A DNA stretch of 64,000 bases. It comes from a bacterium (GTDB lineage Bacteria; UBA8248). Made by a program: the position numbers and the translations under genes. The stretch lies in assembly GCA_965200245.1 (NCBI GenBank), contig CBDATS010000004.1, forward strand, positions 96,001 to 160,000. The letters are read 5' to 3'. The notes beneath the pieces were generated by a model. The model was not told the DNA's origin and searched no databases. It worked only from the letters and a program-made list of their open reading frames with translations. Positions 31,418 to 44,362 of this stretch are shown here, piece by piece; the stretch's first letter is position 1; each line of letters begins with the position of its first letter.

Positions 31418-31612
31418 GGCGGTCTCCTTCAGATATGGGAGAAGAGACTCTCAGGCATGGGAAAAATACGCAAGGGAGAAACCCGACAGGTCCGGATGTT
31501 TCTTCCTGCGGATGCACATGTTCTGCCGCATGGACTGCCGCCGTTGCCTGCCGTGGTGTGAATGTTTCATTATCTATATGGACGTTTCGCTTTCTGCATC
31601 ATGGAGGACACC

Positions 31613-32257
31613 ATGAGATTCGACCCAACGCTGATCGTCATCACCGACCGCATGATCCTGGCGCAGGCTTCCGGGTGGAAACTGCGGGATGCGGTCCGCG
31701 CGGCAGCGACGGGGGGAGCCACCATGATCCAGCTTCGGGAGAAGCACATGGGTGGCGTGGAGATGATTCGCCTGGCGGATGAACTGCGGGAGGCCCTGGA
31801 GGGAACCGGCTGCGCCCTGACGGTGAACGATCGCGTGGACGTCGCCATGGCCTGCGGCGCGGAAGGGGTGCACCTGGGGCAGGGGGACTTTCCGCTTCCG
31901 CGAGCCAGGGCGATTGCGGGAGACGCGCTGTTTTACGGCGTGACGGCCGGAAAACCCGAATGGGCGTCGCGGGCCGCCGCCGAGAATGCGGACTATATCG
32001 GCGTGGGTCCCGTCTACCGGACGGGCAGCAAGGCGGATGCGAGGGAACCAATCGGACCGGAGGGATTCCGGCGAATCGTCACGCACGCCCCCGGGGTGCC
32101 CGCCGTCGCCATCGGGGGCATCGGCGCCGGGAACGTGGAATCCGTCATGGAGGCCGGCGCGGCGGGTGTCGCCGTGATCGGGGCGGTGATGGGAGCGCCC
32201 GACCCGGAGGCCGCGGCCAGGGAGCTGCGCAGGCGCATCGGGAGGGCGGGGAAATGA
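31613..32257 (+). CDS. thiE: Thiamine-phosphate synthase
   Basis: IQLREK, VNDRVDVA, GVHLGQGD, VAIGGI. Confidence 0.93.
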   Translation: MRFDPTLIVITDRMILAQASGWKLRDAVRAAATGGATMIQLREKHMGGVEMIRLADELREALEGTGCALTVNDRVDVAMACGAEGVHLGQGDFPLPRARAIAGDALFYGVTAGKPEWASRAAAENADYIGVGPVYRTGSKADAREPIGPEGFRRIVTHAPGVPAVAIGGIGAGNVESVMEAGAAGVAVIGAVMGAPDPEAAARELRRRIGRAGK

Positions 32258-33294
32258 GAGGCGGATCGGCGAGGGGATTCGGCGAGTTCGCCCTCATAGA
32301 ACGCCTGCGGGAAAAACTCGGCCCGGTCGGGAATGACGCGGACGTCATCGTCGGGAACGGGGACGATGCGGCTGTCATCAGGGCGGCGGACGGGAAATGC
32401 TGGGTGGTGACGTGCGACGCGCAGGTGGGCGGCGTTCATTTCCCGCTCGCGGGGGACGTGTCGGGTTTCTCGGTCGGCTACAGGTCGCTGGCCGTGAACG
32501 TGAGCGATGTGGCGGCCATGGGGGCGAGGCCGCGCTTCGCCCTGATCTCGCTGGGGATTCCCGGGGAGACGTCCGTTTCGTTTCTCGACGATGTGTATGG
32601 CGGGGTTCGCGCGCTGTCGGAGCGATACGACATCCTGGTTCTGGGCGGAAACGTCACGCGAACGGGCGGACCCTTGTTTGTCGACGTGTTCCTCGTGGGC
32701 GAAATGATGGAGGGGAAGGTTCTGCGCCGAAGCGGTGCCCGTGCGGGTGACCGGGTTCTGGTGACAGGAACCCTGGGCGATGCCGCCGCGGGACTTCATG
32801 TGTCGTCACATCTGCCGTTCCATGTCCGCGAAGGGTCGGGCGCTTCGCTCGTGAGCGCACAGTTCGAACCGCAGCCCCGTGTGGCCGAGGGAACTGTCAT
32901 CGCGGAATCGGGGCTGGCGACGGCGATGATGGACATCAGTGATGGCCTGGCCGGCGACATCCGTCATCTGTGCGAAGCAAGCGGGACGGGCGTGCTCCTG
33001 TGGGAATCCAGACTGCCCGTCTCCGCCGCCCTGCGGAAGGCGGCGTCGCTCGCCGCCAGAACCCCCGCCGAATGGGCGTTGCACGGCGGAGAGGACTACG
33101 AGCTTCTCGTAACGGCGCCCGCTGAATCCGTTGACGCGCTTCAGGAGGCCGTGGAACGGACGGGAGGTGTGCCGCTCACGGCAATCGGAGAGATTCTGCC
33201 GGCTTCCGAAGGGATTTCCCTCAGGCGCGCGGACGCTGTATTCGAGCTCAAAAGCCTCGCTTGGGAGCATTTCCCTTCTTCAAGGCGTTCGTAA
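32254..33294 (+). CDS. thiL: Thiamine-monophosphate kinase
   Basis: GEFALIE, GDDAAV, NVSDVAAMG, DISDGL, GGEDYEL. Confidence 0.93.
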   Translation: MRGGSARGFGEFALIERLREKLGPVGNDADVIVGNGDDAAVIRAADGKCWVVTCDAQVGGVHFPLAGDVSGFSVGYRSLAVNVSDVAAMGARPRFALISLGIPGETSVSFLDDVYGGVRALSERYDILVLGGNVTRTGGPLFVDVFLVGEMMEGKVLRRSGARAGDRVLVTGTLGDAAAGLHVSSHLPFHVREGSGASLVSAQFEPQPRVAEGTVIAESGLATAMMDISDGLAGDIRHLCEASGTGVLLWESRLPVSAALRKAASLAARTPAEWALHGGEDYELLVTAPAESVDALQEAVERTGGVPLTAIGEILPASEGISLRRADAVFELKSLAWEHFPSSRRS

Positions 33295-33391
33295 CAAATG
33301 GGAATTATATCCAATAGTCACATTTTTTTGAACTTGACAAAAAGTGTGAATTAGAGGAGCAAAAGGAACAAAGGCAGTGTGTGTAATTCCC

Positions 33392-33833
33392 GACAAGGGC
33401 GATCTTCGCGCCTGGAAAATCCAGTATTACGACCGCAAGAACTTGCACCTGGAAACGCTTACGTTCGGTAAGTACAGGAAGTTTCCGGGCAGATTCTGGC
33501 AGTCGCACGAGATAACGGTCGTGAACCACCAGACGGGCAAGAGCACCGTGCTGCGCTGGAAGGCCTACAAGGTTCCGCACCAGTCTCAGGGAGAGCGAAT
33601 TCACGCGAACCGGCCTCAGACGGGTGCGCTGATGACCATGCGCGTCGCCTTGCGCTGCGCGCACGTTGCCTGCTCGACAGGGGCTGCGCTCTCCTTCGCG
33701 GGGGCAGGACAGCTTCGTCGCCCTGAACGTGACGTACAACTTCCAGCGATTTTCTGCCGCGATACTTCCGAAATCACGACCTCGCCTTCAGGAGCGCCAT
33801 CGCGATCCTGTCCGGCGTCAACGGCAGATCATG
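33392..33833 (+). repeat. Decayed inverted copy of 23233..24812 (LolA-like 3' end, barrel ends with ~1.14-kb deletion, molybdoenzyme tail)
   Basis: Encodes LRAWKIQYYDRKN..NHQTGKSTVLRWK, then MRVALRCA joined to DSFVALNVTYNF. Confidence 0.9.
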
Positions 33834-36074
33834 GAACCGTACACCCGTGGCATCATAAATCGCGTTGGCGATTGCCGCCGCTGTGGGCACGGTCACCTGC
33901 TCCCCGACTCCCTTCGCCCCGTAAGGACCGTTCGAATAGTGATCCTCCACGATGAGGGACGCCACCCGGTCCGGCACGTCCTCCACCGTGGGAGCAAGAT
34001 AGCCGTGCATGTCGGGGTTCAGCATCCGGCCCTCGTGTTGAACGACTTCTTCCATCATGCAAAAACCGATGCCCATATACACGCCGCCCTCGATTTGCTG
34101 CTCCACGCCCATGGGGCTGATGGCCCGACCCACATCGTGAGCAGCCCAGACGCCAGTGACTTCCACCTCGCCTGTCTCCTCGTCCACGATCACCTCGGCC
34201 ACCTGACTACCGAATCCGTAGATTTCATAAGGCTCGCCCAGACCCGTCTCCTTGTCGGTCCTGGCGGGCGGCGGGATGCTGTCTGCAGCCCCGATGAGCT
34301 TGAGTTCATCGGCAACGAAGGCTGAGGCAATCTCGGCGAGGGTAACCTTCGTTTCCTCATGCGAACGCGAGCGAACCACGCCGCCGCGCAGTTCCAGATC
34401 TTGAGGATCCGCCTCCAGCAGAATTCCTCCCAGCCGCAGTAATTCCTCCCGCGCCTTGATGGAGGCGTTGTAGACCGCCTTACCACCCTGCATGGTGATG
34501 CGCGAACTCGAACTCGTGCCGCCGAAGGGGTCGATAGCGGTATCCACACTTTCCATCAGAAAATCGGAATAGGAAATGTCGAGCGTCTCGGCGGCGATTT
34601 GGCAAAGTACCGTCTTGCTGCCCTGACCGAAATCCACGACGCCCGCGGCCACTTGCACCTTGCCCTCCGCCGTAAGGAAGACGTGCGCCTCCGCCGGGGA
34701 GTAGGCGTTGCCCGTGCCGTAGAGACAACTCGCCACACCGCGCCCGCGCAAGCGGCCGTCTGCGGCTCTCCCGTTTCCCTCACCGCCCTGTCCCCAGGAA
34801 GAGGCCCTCTCTGCTTCACTCAACGTATCGAGAAAACCGACGCTCTCCGGCAGATGCTGGTTCCAGGCCGTCCGGGAGCCGACGCGCAGCCCGTTGATAC
34901 GCCTGATCTCGAAAGGATCCATCCTCAATGCCCTGGCGAGTTCGTCTATCTGCTGCTCACCCGCGAAGTGTACCTGGGGACACCCCGGGCCGCGCATCTG
35001 TCCCCCGTAGGGATGGTTCGTGTGCACACAGTGGACATCTACCTTCACATTGGGCGCCTGATAGGGGCCCGCGGCATGGTAGGTCGCACGCTTGAAGGCG
35101 GGCGGATTGTCTCCCCCGTTGGCCACGTACGCCCCCTTGTCGAGCCATATCTCCACATCGACGGCCACCAGGCGTCCGTCCTTCGTCGCCCCGGTTTTGG
35201 ATCGGATGAACGTGGCGTGGCGCTTCGTGGAGGCGATCATGCTTTCCTCGCGCGTATACACGAGCTTCACGGGCCTGCCGGCGGCGCGGGCGAGAACTGC
35301 TACGCGCAGGCACACGTCGAGACTCGCCTCGCTCTTTCCACCAAAAGCCCCGCCGGTGGTCGACTGGACGAAACGAACAGAACTCTCGCCACGCAATCCC
35401 AGTATCCGGGCAACATTTTGCCTCACCAGGAAGGGTTGCTGGGTCGAACCCCATATCTGGATTCCGCCGCCGGGGTTCGGACTCCCGCAGGCCGCCTCCA
35501 CTTCGAGATAAAGATGATCAACGGAGGGGGTCGAGTATTCGTTTTCGATAATGACATCGGCCTTCTCGAAACCCTCCTCGATGTTCCCCTTTCGGATCTT
35601 CGCCTGGTTGAGCACGTTCCCGCCGGGGAAGATGACTTCCGCGTCTTCGCTCATCGCCTTGCGCGGACAGGAGACGACGGGCAGGGGCCGGTATTCGACC
35701 TTTATCAGTCGTGTCGCCGCCTCGGCAGCTTCCAGTGTTTCCGCCGCGACGAGGGCGACCACCTCACCCATGTAGCGCACCCTGTCGTGGGCGATGACGG
35801 GCATGGCCCTGTCATGGGCAGTGATGCAGGGATGGTTCGGCAGGTCGTCTCCCGCGAGAACAACGACGACGCCGGGGACACGCAGCGCCTCGCTCTTGTC
35901 GACCGAAAGTATCTCGGCGTGCACATGTTCACTGCGAAGCGCCTTGCCCACCAGCATCCCCGGAAGCTGGAGATCGTCGAGATAATCCGCTGCGCCCGCC
36001 GCCTTTTCGGGGTCATCCAGAAAGGGCAGAGACTCGCCAATTACGGCGCCGCCCATGTCTTTGGCTTCCGCCAT
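33774..36074 (-). CDS. Xanthine dehydrogenase family molybdopterin-binding subunit
   Basis: GGAFGGK, MRGPG.PQ, GQGSKT, QIEGG, GPYGAKGVGE. Confidence 0.92.
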   Translation of the reverse strand: MAEAKDMGGAVIGESLPFLDDPEKAAGAADYLDDLQLPGMLVGKALRSEHVHAEILSVDKSEALRVPGVVVVLAGDDLPNHPCITAHDRAMPVIAHDRVRYMGEVVALVAAETLEAAEAATRLIKVEYRPLPVVSCPRKAMSEDAEVIFPGGNVLNQAKIRKGNIEEGFEKADVIIENEYSTPSVDHLYLEVEAACGSPNPGGGIQIWGSTQQPFLVRQNVARILGLRGESSVRFVQSTTGGAFGGKSEASLDVCLRVAVLARAAGRPVKLVYTREESMIASTKRHATFIRSKTGATKDGRLVAVDVEIWLDKGAYVANGGDNPPAFKRATYHAAGPYQAPNVKVDVHCVHTNHPYGGQMRGPGCPQVHFAGEQQIDELARALRMDPFEIRRINGLRVGSRTAWNQHLPESVGFLDTLSEAERASSWGQGGEGNGRAADGRLRGRGVASCLYGTGNAYSPAEAHVFLTAEGKVQVAAGVVDFGQGSKTVLCQIAAETLDISYSDFLMESVDTAIDPFGGTSSSSRITMQGGKAVYNASIKAREELLRLGGILLEADPQDLELRGGVVRSRSHEETKVTLAEIASAFVADELKLIGAADSIPPPARTDKETGLGEPYEIYGFGSQVAEVIVDEETGEVEVTGVWAAHDVGRAISPMGVEQQIEGGVYMGIGFCMMEEVVQHEGRMLNPDMHGYLAPTVEDVPDRVASLIVEDHYSNGPYGAKGVGEQVTVPTAAAIANAIYDATGVRFHDLPLTPDRIAMALLKARS

Positions 36075-36658
36075 GGCATACTCCCAATGAAAAGAGAACC
36101 GAGAAAGTCGAGAGCCGTTGAATGCGTAGTCAATCTACATACTCGGGCGTCGTTTGTCCATGAAATCGAAAGAAAGCGCGACGGGCTTTCCCACTCTTCG
36201 CCATATCAGCGCCTGGCCTGTTCGCCTGGGCAGAAATGGTCCTCGATGATGATTATCGAGAAGAACGCACGATCCTTCTTTCCCTGGTTGCCCATTCCTC
36301 CCTCATCAGCCGGTGGACCCTCTCCCATCGGTCAGGTTCGACCACGCATTTGCCGTGCACATGAAATCCTGGAGATCGGTATGGTGAATGCCCGATGCAG
36401 CGTTCTCTTCGGTTCTGACAGCAGGCAGTTTCAGGAAGGAGTCAAGGGCGTGCTCACCATTTATCCAGCGTGAGGGGGAGTTCTCCGTTCAATGTAAAGC
36501 AGGAGAGGCGGGTTCGTTCGAAAATGATGAAGCACAATTTATTGCAATACAAATAGCTAAAATCTCAGCGCATTGTACCTGGATTTGTCGGAAACATTTT
36601 TTCGCCTGCCCTACCCTGTAATTTGCCTGAATAGATTGCATTTGCGTGACGACCTCAC

Positions 36659-37678
36659 TTATGGGAGTTCAGCCCTGAGCGGACGAGCCATGAGATCATG
36701 AACGGCGTCCCGGGGGTTGCGACCATCGAACAACACGGCGTGCACCTCGCGGCAAATGGGCATCTCCACGCCGAACCTATCCGCCAGTCCGACTGCCGCC
36801 GGCACCGTGGAAACGCCCTCGGCCACGGCCGTCATGGATTCGAGAATCTTCTGCAAGGGCTCGCCCCTGCCCAGCCGCACGCCCACCGTCTTGTTTCGGC
36901 TCAAATCCCCCGTGCATGTGAGCACCAGATCGCCCATGCCGGCCAGGCCCGCGAAAGTCTCCGCCCGGCCGCCCATCGCCACACCGAGTCGCGCAATTTC
37001 CGCGAGCCCGCGTACGATGAGTGCCGCCCGCGTGTTCAGGCCGAATTCCATGCCGTCGACGATGCCTGCCGCCAGGGCGATGACATTCTTGAGCGCCCCG
37101 CCGAGTTGGGTGCCGATGGGGTCGGCACCTGTGTAAATCCTGAAATGGGGGGCGGAGAGCGTCTCCTGAATCGCGTTCGCAGCCCCGGAATTACCCGAGG
37201 CAGCTACAATGACCGTGGGTTTTCCCTGCGCGAGTTCGCGCGCAAACGTCGGGCCAGAGAGACAGACGAGAGCGCGCTCGCCACCACCTGCTTCACTGAC
37301 ACATTCTGCAATAATGTGGCCGGGCAGGAGCAGGGTCTTTTCTTCTATGCCTTTCGTGGCGCTTGCGATGATCGTTTCCCCGTGAACCGAGGGCGCAAGC
37401 GTCTTCCACACCGCCCGGACAACGTGGCTCGGCATCACGCTCACGAGAACGTCCTGGCCTGCGGTGGCGGCTTCGGCCAGATTGGACGTGAAGCGCAGAT
37501 TTTCATGCAGCGCGATGCCCGGGAGGTATAGGTCGTTTTCATGGTGGGAAGACATGCGGGCGCAAAGGTCGGCCTCAAAAATCCAGAGCATCACCTCATG
37601 GCCGAATTGCGAGAAAGAATCCGCCAGGGCCGTCCCCCAGGCCCCGGCACCAATGACGGCGATTCGCTGAGGCGTCAT
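36659..37678 (-). CDS. gpsA: NAD(P)H-dependent glycerol-3-phosphate dehydrogenase
   Basis: IGAGAWGTAL, LSGPTFA, GALKNVIA, GDLVLTCTGDLSRN. Confidence 0.95.
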   Translation of the reverse strand: MTPQRIAVIGAGAWGTALADSFSQFGHEVMLWIFEADLCARMSSHHENDLYLPGIALHENLRFTSNLAEAATAGQDVLVSVMPSHVVRAVWKTLAPSVHGETIIASATKGIEEKTLLLPGHIIAECVSEAGGGERALVCLSGPTFARELAQGKPTVIVAASGNSGAANAIQETLSAPHFRIYTGADPIGTQLGGALKNVIALAAGIVDGMEFGLNTRAALIVRGLAEIARLGVAMGGRAETFAGLAGMGDLVLTCTGDLSRNKTVGVRLGRGEPLQKILESMTAVAEGVSTVPAAVGLADRFGVEMPICREVHAVLFDGRNPRDAVHDLMARPLRAELP

Positions 37679-37694
37679 CTTCCCAGTCCGTGCG

Positions 37695-38246
37695 TCACTT
37701 CTTTCTTTTCCCCGCAGGCCTTGCGGCCGCTCTTTTTTCACTCAACGCGTCTTTTCTGGCCATATCGCCCTTTGCGACGGCTTTTTTGCCCGCGACAGAT
37801 CTCGCTTCCCACTTCAGTTTGTGCTTGAGATGCTTTTCCTCGTCCCAAACGTGCTGCGTGCCATCTCCCATGAAGACGACGAAAACCTCGCAGCCGTCGG
37901 GGTATTCATACGGGCCATGCGGCAAATCCCATCCGAAAACGTAATCGCCCGGTCTCAAATCCTTGCCCGCCACGCACATCCGGCCCCGGGTCACCAGAAT
38001 GGAATGCCAGCTCTTGTGCGTATGTTCCGGCTCCACATAGCCTTTCGGGAATTTCACCTTCATATCGATTCGCTTCATCACCGGATCATGCGCGAAAATC
38101 TTCACCTTCACCCCTTTGGGCAGGGTCAGCAGTTCGTTGCTTACATCTTCTTGCCATTCCACATCCTTGTCATGGATGGCACGAAAACGGTGGTCAAAAT
38201 CCTGTTCGGCGGTCATTTTCCTAGTTGTCCGTTTTTTGGCGTGCAT
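37695..38246 (-). CDS. Cupin domain protein
   Basis: PEHTH..LRPGDY..PHGP cupin motifs. Confidence 0.7.
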   Translation of the reverse strand: MHAKKRTTRKMTAEQDFDHRFRAIHDKDVEWQEDVSNELLTLPKGVKVKIFAHDPVMKRIDMKVKFPKGYVEPEHTHKSWHSILVTRGRMCVAGKDLRPGDYVFGWDLPHGPYEYPDGCEVFVVFMGDGTQHVWDEEKHLKHKLKWEARSVAGKKAVAKGDMARKDALSEKRAAARPAGKRKK

Positions 38247-38287
38247 GTCTTCTCCTGGAAAGATGCTGAAACGCAACGATGACGAAT

Positions 38288-38959
38288 TTATTCGTTCCGC
38301 GCGAAAATCCGTGAGGCAATATCACGACCCAACGTATGCCTGGTTCCGTTGACAAGTAAAGTCACGGTACCGGCAAGAGGCGATTGCTCAATGACCTCGA
38401 TGGGCATTTCGGGAAAAAAACCGAGCTTCCCCAGGTAGCGCAAAATATTTGGATCATCCTGCAATACACGGGTGATTTTCGTGGCCCGTCCCGCCTCGAT
38501 CGAGAGAAGACCGACTTCCTTCGTATCGATCATGGTTCCGTCTTTGGCGGGAATCGGGTCCCCGTGAGGATCCAGCGTGGGATAGCCGAGTTCCTTGTCC
38601 AGAACGGCTTCCAGTTCCTCGCTCAGGACATGTTCCAGTTCTTCCGCCTCGACGTCCACTTTATCCCAATCGATTCCCATCTTCTGGTTGAGATACAATT
38701 CCAGCAGTCGATGGTGCCGGATAATCTCCAGGGCTATCTTCTCCCCCTTGGGACTGAGAACCACTCCCTTGTAGGGTTTATACGTGAGCAAATCCAGGTG
38801 ATCGAGTTTCTTGACCATACCCGTTACCGACGCCGCCGAGAATTCCATGCACTCCGCAATGGCACTTGTGCTGACCGGAGACGTCTCTTGCTGAAGCTTG
38901 AAGATGTTTTTCAGGTAATCTTCAATCTGCTTGCTCAAACGTGGTGCGGAATCAGGCAA
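38288..38959 (-). CDS. mntR: DtxR/MntR family metal-dependent regulator
   Basis: EDYLK.I, RHHRLLELYL, EAEELEH, DPHGDPIP, FeoA-like tail. Confidence 0.88.
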   Translation of the reverse strand: MPDSAPRLSKQIEDYLKNIFKLQQETSPVSTSAIAECMEFSAASVTGMVKKLDHLDLLTYKPYKGVVLSPKGEKIALEIIRHHRLLELYLNQKMGIDWDKVDVEAEELEHVLSEELEAVLDKELGYPTLDPHGDPIPAKDGTMIDTKEVGLLSIEAGRATKITRVLQDDPNILRYLGKLGFFPEMPIEVIEQSPLAGTVTLLVNGTRHTLGRDIASRIFARNE

Positions 38960-39080
38960 AAGATTCCCCCCGGTTCACAGAAAAAGATAACAAATTATCC
39001 TAGAATCGGTGTATTCAGGTGTCAACCGATAATTCATCAAGTCCGATCGCCAGGAAACCTGACGGGCAAACCCCGTTGCT

Positions 39081-40712
39081 TCACTCGTATACGAACGTGG
39101 CCGTGATGGGTTTGCGTTCCAGACCTGCCGGAAATGGCTCGAACGGTGCCGCCTTTGTGACGGCGGCTATCGCCAGATCATCGAGAATGCGTATGCCGGC
39201 AGACCTGATCAAGCGCACTTCCTCCAGGGTTCCGTCTTGTCTCAGCTTGAATCCCAACAACAGTTTACCCCTGTTATTCTGCGCCTCCGCAGGCCAGATC
39301 CAGGCGTTCTGGATTCTCCTCCTGATATGGGCGAAATACGAAGCATATTGAAAATCACGCGTATCAAGCGAGATTGTTTCGCCTTCTTCTTTATTCTGGT
39401 CTTTCTTCGCCAGACTTCTCTTCGCAATCCGGTCTGCCTCTTGATCCGAAAGGGCAAAATTGGGTGCATCGGACTTTCCCCTGGACCGGGGTTTCGCCCG
39501 AAACAGCGCCAAGGGGTCTTTGGGTTGAGGTTGCCCGGGAGTTGGACGCCTTGCCCGAACCGGTGGAGAAACCGGTTTCAACGCAGACAGTTCAACCTTC
39601 TCCCTTGTCTTTTTCCTCGCTTCAACTTTCCTGTTCTCGTTTCGACGCTTTTCCCTTGCGACCGGATTCATCGTTTTCTTCCTTGCTGCCTGCCTGGGCA
39701 CGGGCAACTTGTTTGAAATCGCCTTGTCTTCTATCCCTTTCATTTCCGGTATTGTGCCCGCCAGTCGCTTTTCCTTGCGCTGCACCTTTTCCTGGACAAC
39801 GGACAACGGGGTCTTGACCGAAGAACCTGGTGTCGCAGCAGGGTTCACGGTCTCTGCCGGCTTTGGCGTTTCCGCTGTCTCCGAAGTTTCAGGAGGGTCC
39901 ACATCTTTCGATTTTCTCGCCTTTTCGGGCCGAGGTTCTGGAATTACGACCGGCGGGGGCAAGGCAGCCATCTGGATCTTCTCTCTGTTTTTTTTCTTTG
40001 CCTCGATTCTTTCGTTCTCTGCCCGAGGCTTTTTCCTTGCTGTTTCCATTACTGTCTTTTCCCGAAACACGGGCCTGGTCTTGCCCTTCGGAATGGTCTT
40101 GGTCTCTGTTTTTTTCATTTCCGGCATTTTGTCTGCCGTCGGCCTTGCTTTTTTCTTTTCTTCAATCGTGGCCGACGGGGTCTTGACCGAAGGCCTCGGT
40201 TTCGTCGCAAGGTTCGCCGTCTCCTGAGGCCCGGGCGTTTCCGTTGTCCCCGAAATTTCAGGAGAGTGTACAGCCCTCGATTTCTCCGCCCTTTCAGGAT
40301 CGGGCTTTGGTTTTACGACGACTGGCGTTGCTGGCGGTCGGACCGGAGAGAGGGAAGGAACCGGAACCCTCGATTTCGGCGCAGGCGGTACAAACGCCCT
40401 CCCGGGGCTATCCCCACCCTTGCGGGATGGAATCAGGTCCCTGTCTTCTCGTTTCAGAACCGGAGTCTTGCCCGATTTGCCGGAACCACTTTCTTTTCGA
40501 TTGGCGTTCGACAAAAACCGGCTTTGCGGGTTCGGGGGAATTTTTTCCGCGGGCTTCTCGACGGATATGACCCGAAACTTGAGGGGACGACTTGTCCTGA
40601 CAGTCTTTTTCCAGATGTATTCATGACTTGATGCCGCGAACACGAACAGGTGCAGCAACAACGATATCAGAAAAAGCGTGAAAACAGGTTTTCTCGACTC
40701 ATGTCTCGCCAT
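39081..40712 (-). CDS. TonB/TolA family energy transducer with a long linker
   Basis: N-terminal TM SLLLH, P/K-rich linker, C-terminal W.WP..SAG..LD..A..AV..AAPFEPFP. Confidence 0.78.
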   Translation of the reverse strand: MARHESRKPVFTLFLISLLLHLFVFAASSHEYIWKKTVRTSRPLKFRVISVEKPAEKIPPNPQSRFLSNANRKESGSGKSGKTPVLKREDRDLIPSRKGGDSPGRAFVPPAPKSRVPVPSLSPVRPPATPVVVKPKPDPERAEKSRAVHSPEISGTTETPGPQETANLATKPRPSVKTPSATIEEKKKARPTADKMPEMKKTETKTIPKGKTRPVFREKTVMETARKKPRAENERIEAKKKNREKIQMAALPPPVVIPEPRPEKARKSKDVDPPETSETAETPKPAETVNPAATPGSSVKTPLSVVQEKVQRKEKRLAGTIPEMKGIEDKAISNKLPVPRQAARKKTMNPVAREKRRNENRKVEARKKTREKVELSALKPVSPPVRARRPTPGQPQPKDPLALFRAKPRSRGKSDAPNFALSDQEADRIAKRSLAKKDQNKEEGETISLDTRDFQYASYFAHIRRRIQNAWIWPAEAQNNRGKLLLGFKLRQDGTLEEVRLIRSAGIRILDDLAIAAVTKAAPFEPFPAGLERKPITATFVYE

Positions 40713-40859
40713 ACATCCCTCTTCGCCCAATCTTCATCATCGCTTCAATTCGTGCAGGAAGGCAAATCAATCAAAAGAAAGAGTCATTGCATATCCAATG
40801 CTTTCGCCCTGTGGAACGAGTCGTCTCGCTTCAATACTCCCGGAAGCAAATCTTCACAC

Positions 40860-40888
40860 AAAAAAAGGGGGCCCCGGAGGGCCCCCTT
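40860..40888 (-). terminator. Rho-independent terminator of groESL
   Basis: AAGGGGGCCC-TCCG-GGGCCCCCTT followed by a T-run on the minus strand. Confidence 0.85.
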
Positions 40889-40907
40889 CATGCATCAGGA
40901 AAAATAC

Positions 40908-42581
<1,674 letters not shown>

Positions 42582-42884
42582 CTAGTTGATGATCGCCAGC
42601 ACATCATCTTCGCGCATGATCAGATACTCTTCGCCCTCGGACTTCACCTCGGTGCCCGCATACTTGGCGAAAAGAACCTTGTCGCCTTCGCTCACCTCGG
42701 GCGCCTGTCTTTTCCCATCATCGGTCACCTTGCCGGGACCTACAGCGATCACTTCCCCCTCCTGGGGTTTCTCTTTCGCGGAATCAGGAATGATGATCCC
42801 GCCGATCTGCTCCTCTTCCACATCTAGGCGCTTCACCAAAATGCGGTCCTGAAGAGGCTGGACCCTGGTTTTTGTCTTTGCCAT
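42582..42884 (-). CDS. groS: Co-chaperonin GroES
   Basis: [24 protein letters not shown]. Confidence 0.99.
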   Translation of the reverse strand: MAKTKTRVQPLQDRILVKRLDVEEEQIGGIIIPDSAKEKPQEGEVIAVGPGKVTDDGKRQAPEVSEGDKVLFAKYAGTEVKSEGEEYLIMREDDVLAIIN

Positions 42885-43001
42885 CACTTCCTCCTGATGA
42901 ATATGAAATTGTTGCTACCTGAACTTGACACCTTGAGAAAAAGAGCCATTTTCCGGGAGAAAATCTGCCCGGATATGTGACCCCCTGATTACTGGCGCGT
43001 A

Positions 43002-43063
43002 TATATATGGAGGATGGAAATGTTTGTCAAGTGTCATTAGCACTCAACTTCATTGGATGCTAA
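43002..43063 (-). promoter_or_regulatory. Sigma70-type groESL promoter with CIRCE (HrcA) operator
   Basis: TTAGCACTC-N9-GGATGCTAA at 43037-43063; minus-strand TTGACA-17nt-TATATA. Confidence 0.8.
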
Positions 43064-43294
43064 CAACAGGAAAAACCGATCCAAACCATTGATTCCATGT
43101 CGTTTATCTGCTCCAGGAAAATCAGGAAAGGTGCCAGGCGGGAGAAATTCCTGAAATTTTCGTAAAAATTCCTCACATTGTGCCATCGGGTGACGAACAC
43201 CGCGCCATAAGCTATCTTCCCCGGAATTCATGACATCCGTGTTTCTCCTCTTCAGAAGAAGCACGAATTCGCTACACGAAAGGAGTTCGCCGAG

Positions 43295-44071
<777 letters not shown>

Positions 44072-44362
44072 GCGGAATCCCTTATTTGTATCGAATATCC
44101 TGTGACGGGACACGAGAAAAAGGGTGACGCGGGCCTCCCGGTTTCGCTGTCGATTCTGGCACGTACGATCTTGTCTGTCGGCAGGTGGCGTCCTCCAATT
44201 GCGCGGCCTCATTGCAGCCAGAATACCTTGTACCCTTGTCGAGGCTGATTCCGGGTGGTTTGAGTCTGAAACCCTCCCCTCCATTTGGCATCGGCACAGA
44301 ACCTTGGTCTAATGGGTGCGGTATTTGACTCGTGGAGCGCTTCATCCGAAGGAGTGAAACAC

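Noticed and set aside
31417-31519. Selenocysteine read-through at the in-frame TGA upstream of the CMD-like gene
   Set aside because: There is no CxxU context, the upstream peptide is not family-like, and a good RBS precedes the ATG at 31417.
31420-31612. TPP riboswitch upstream of thiE
   Set aside because: No recognisable TPP aptamer core on the plus strand.
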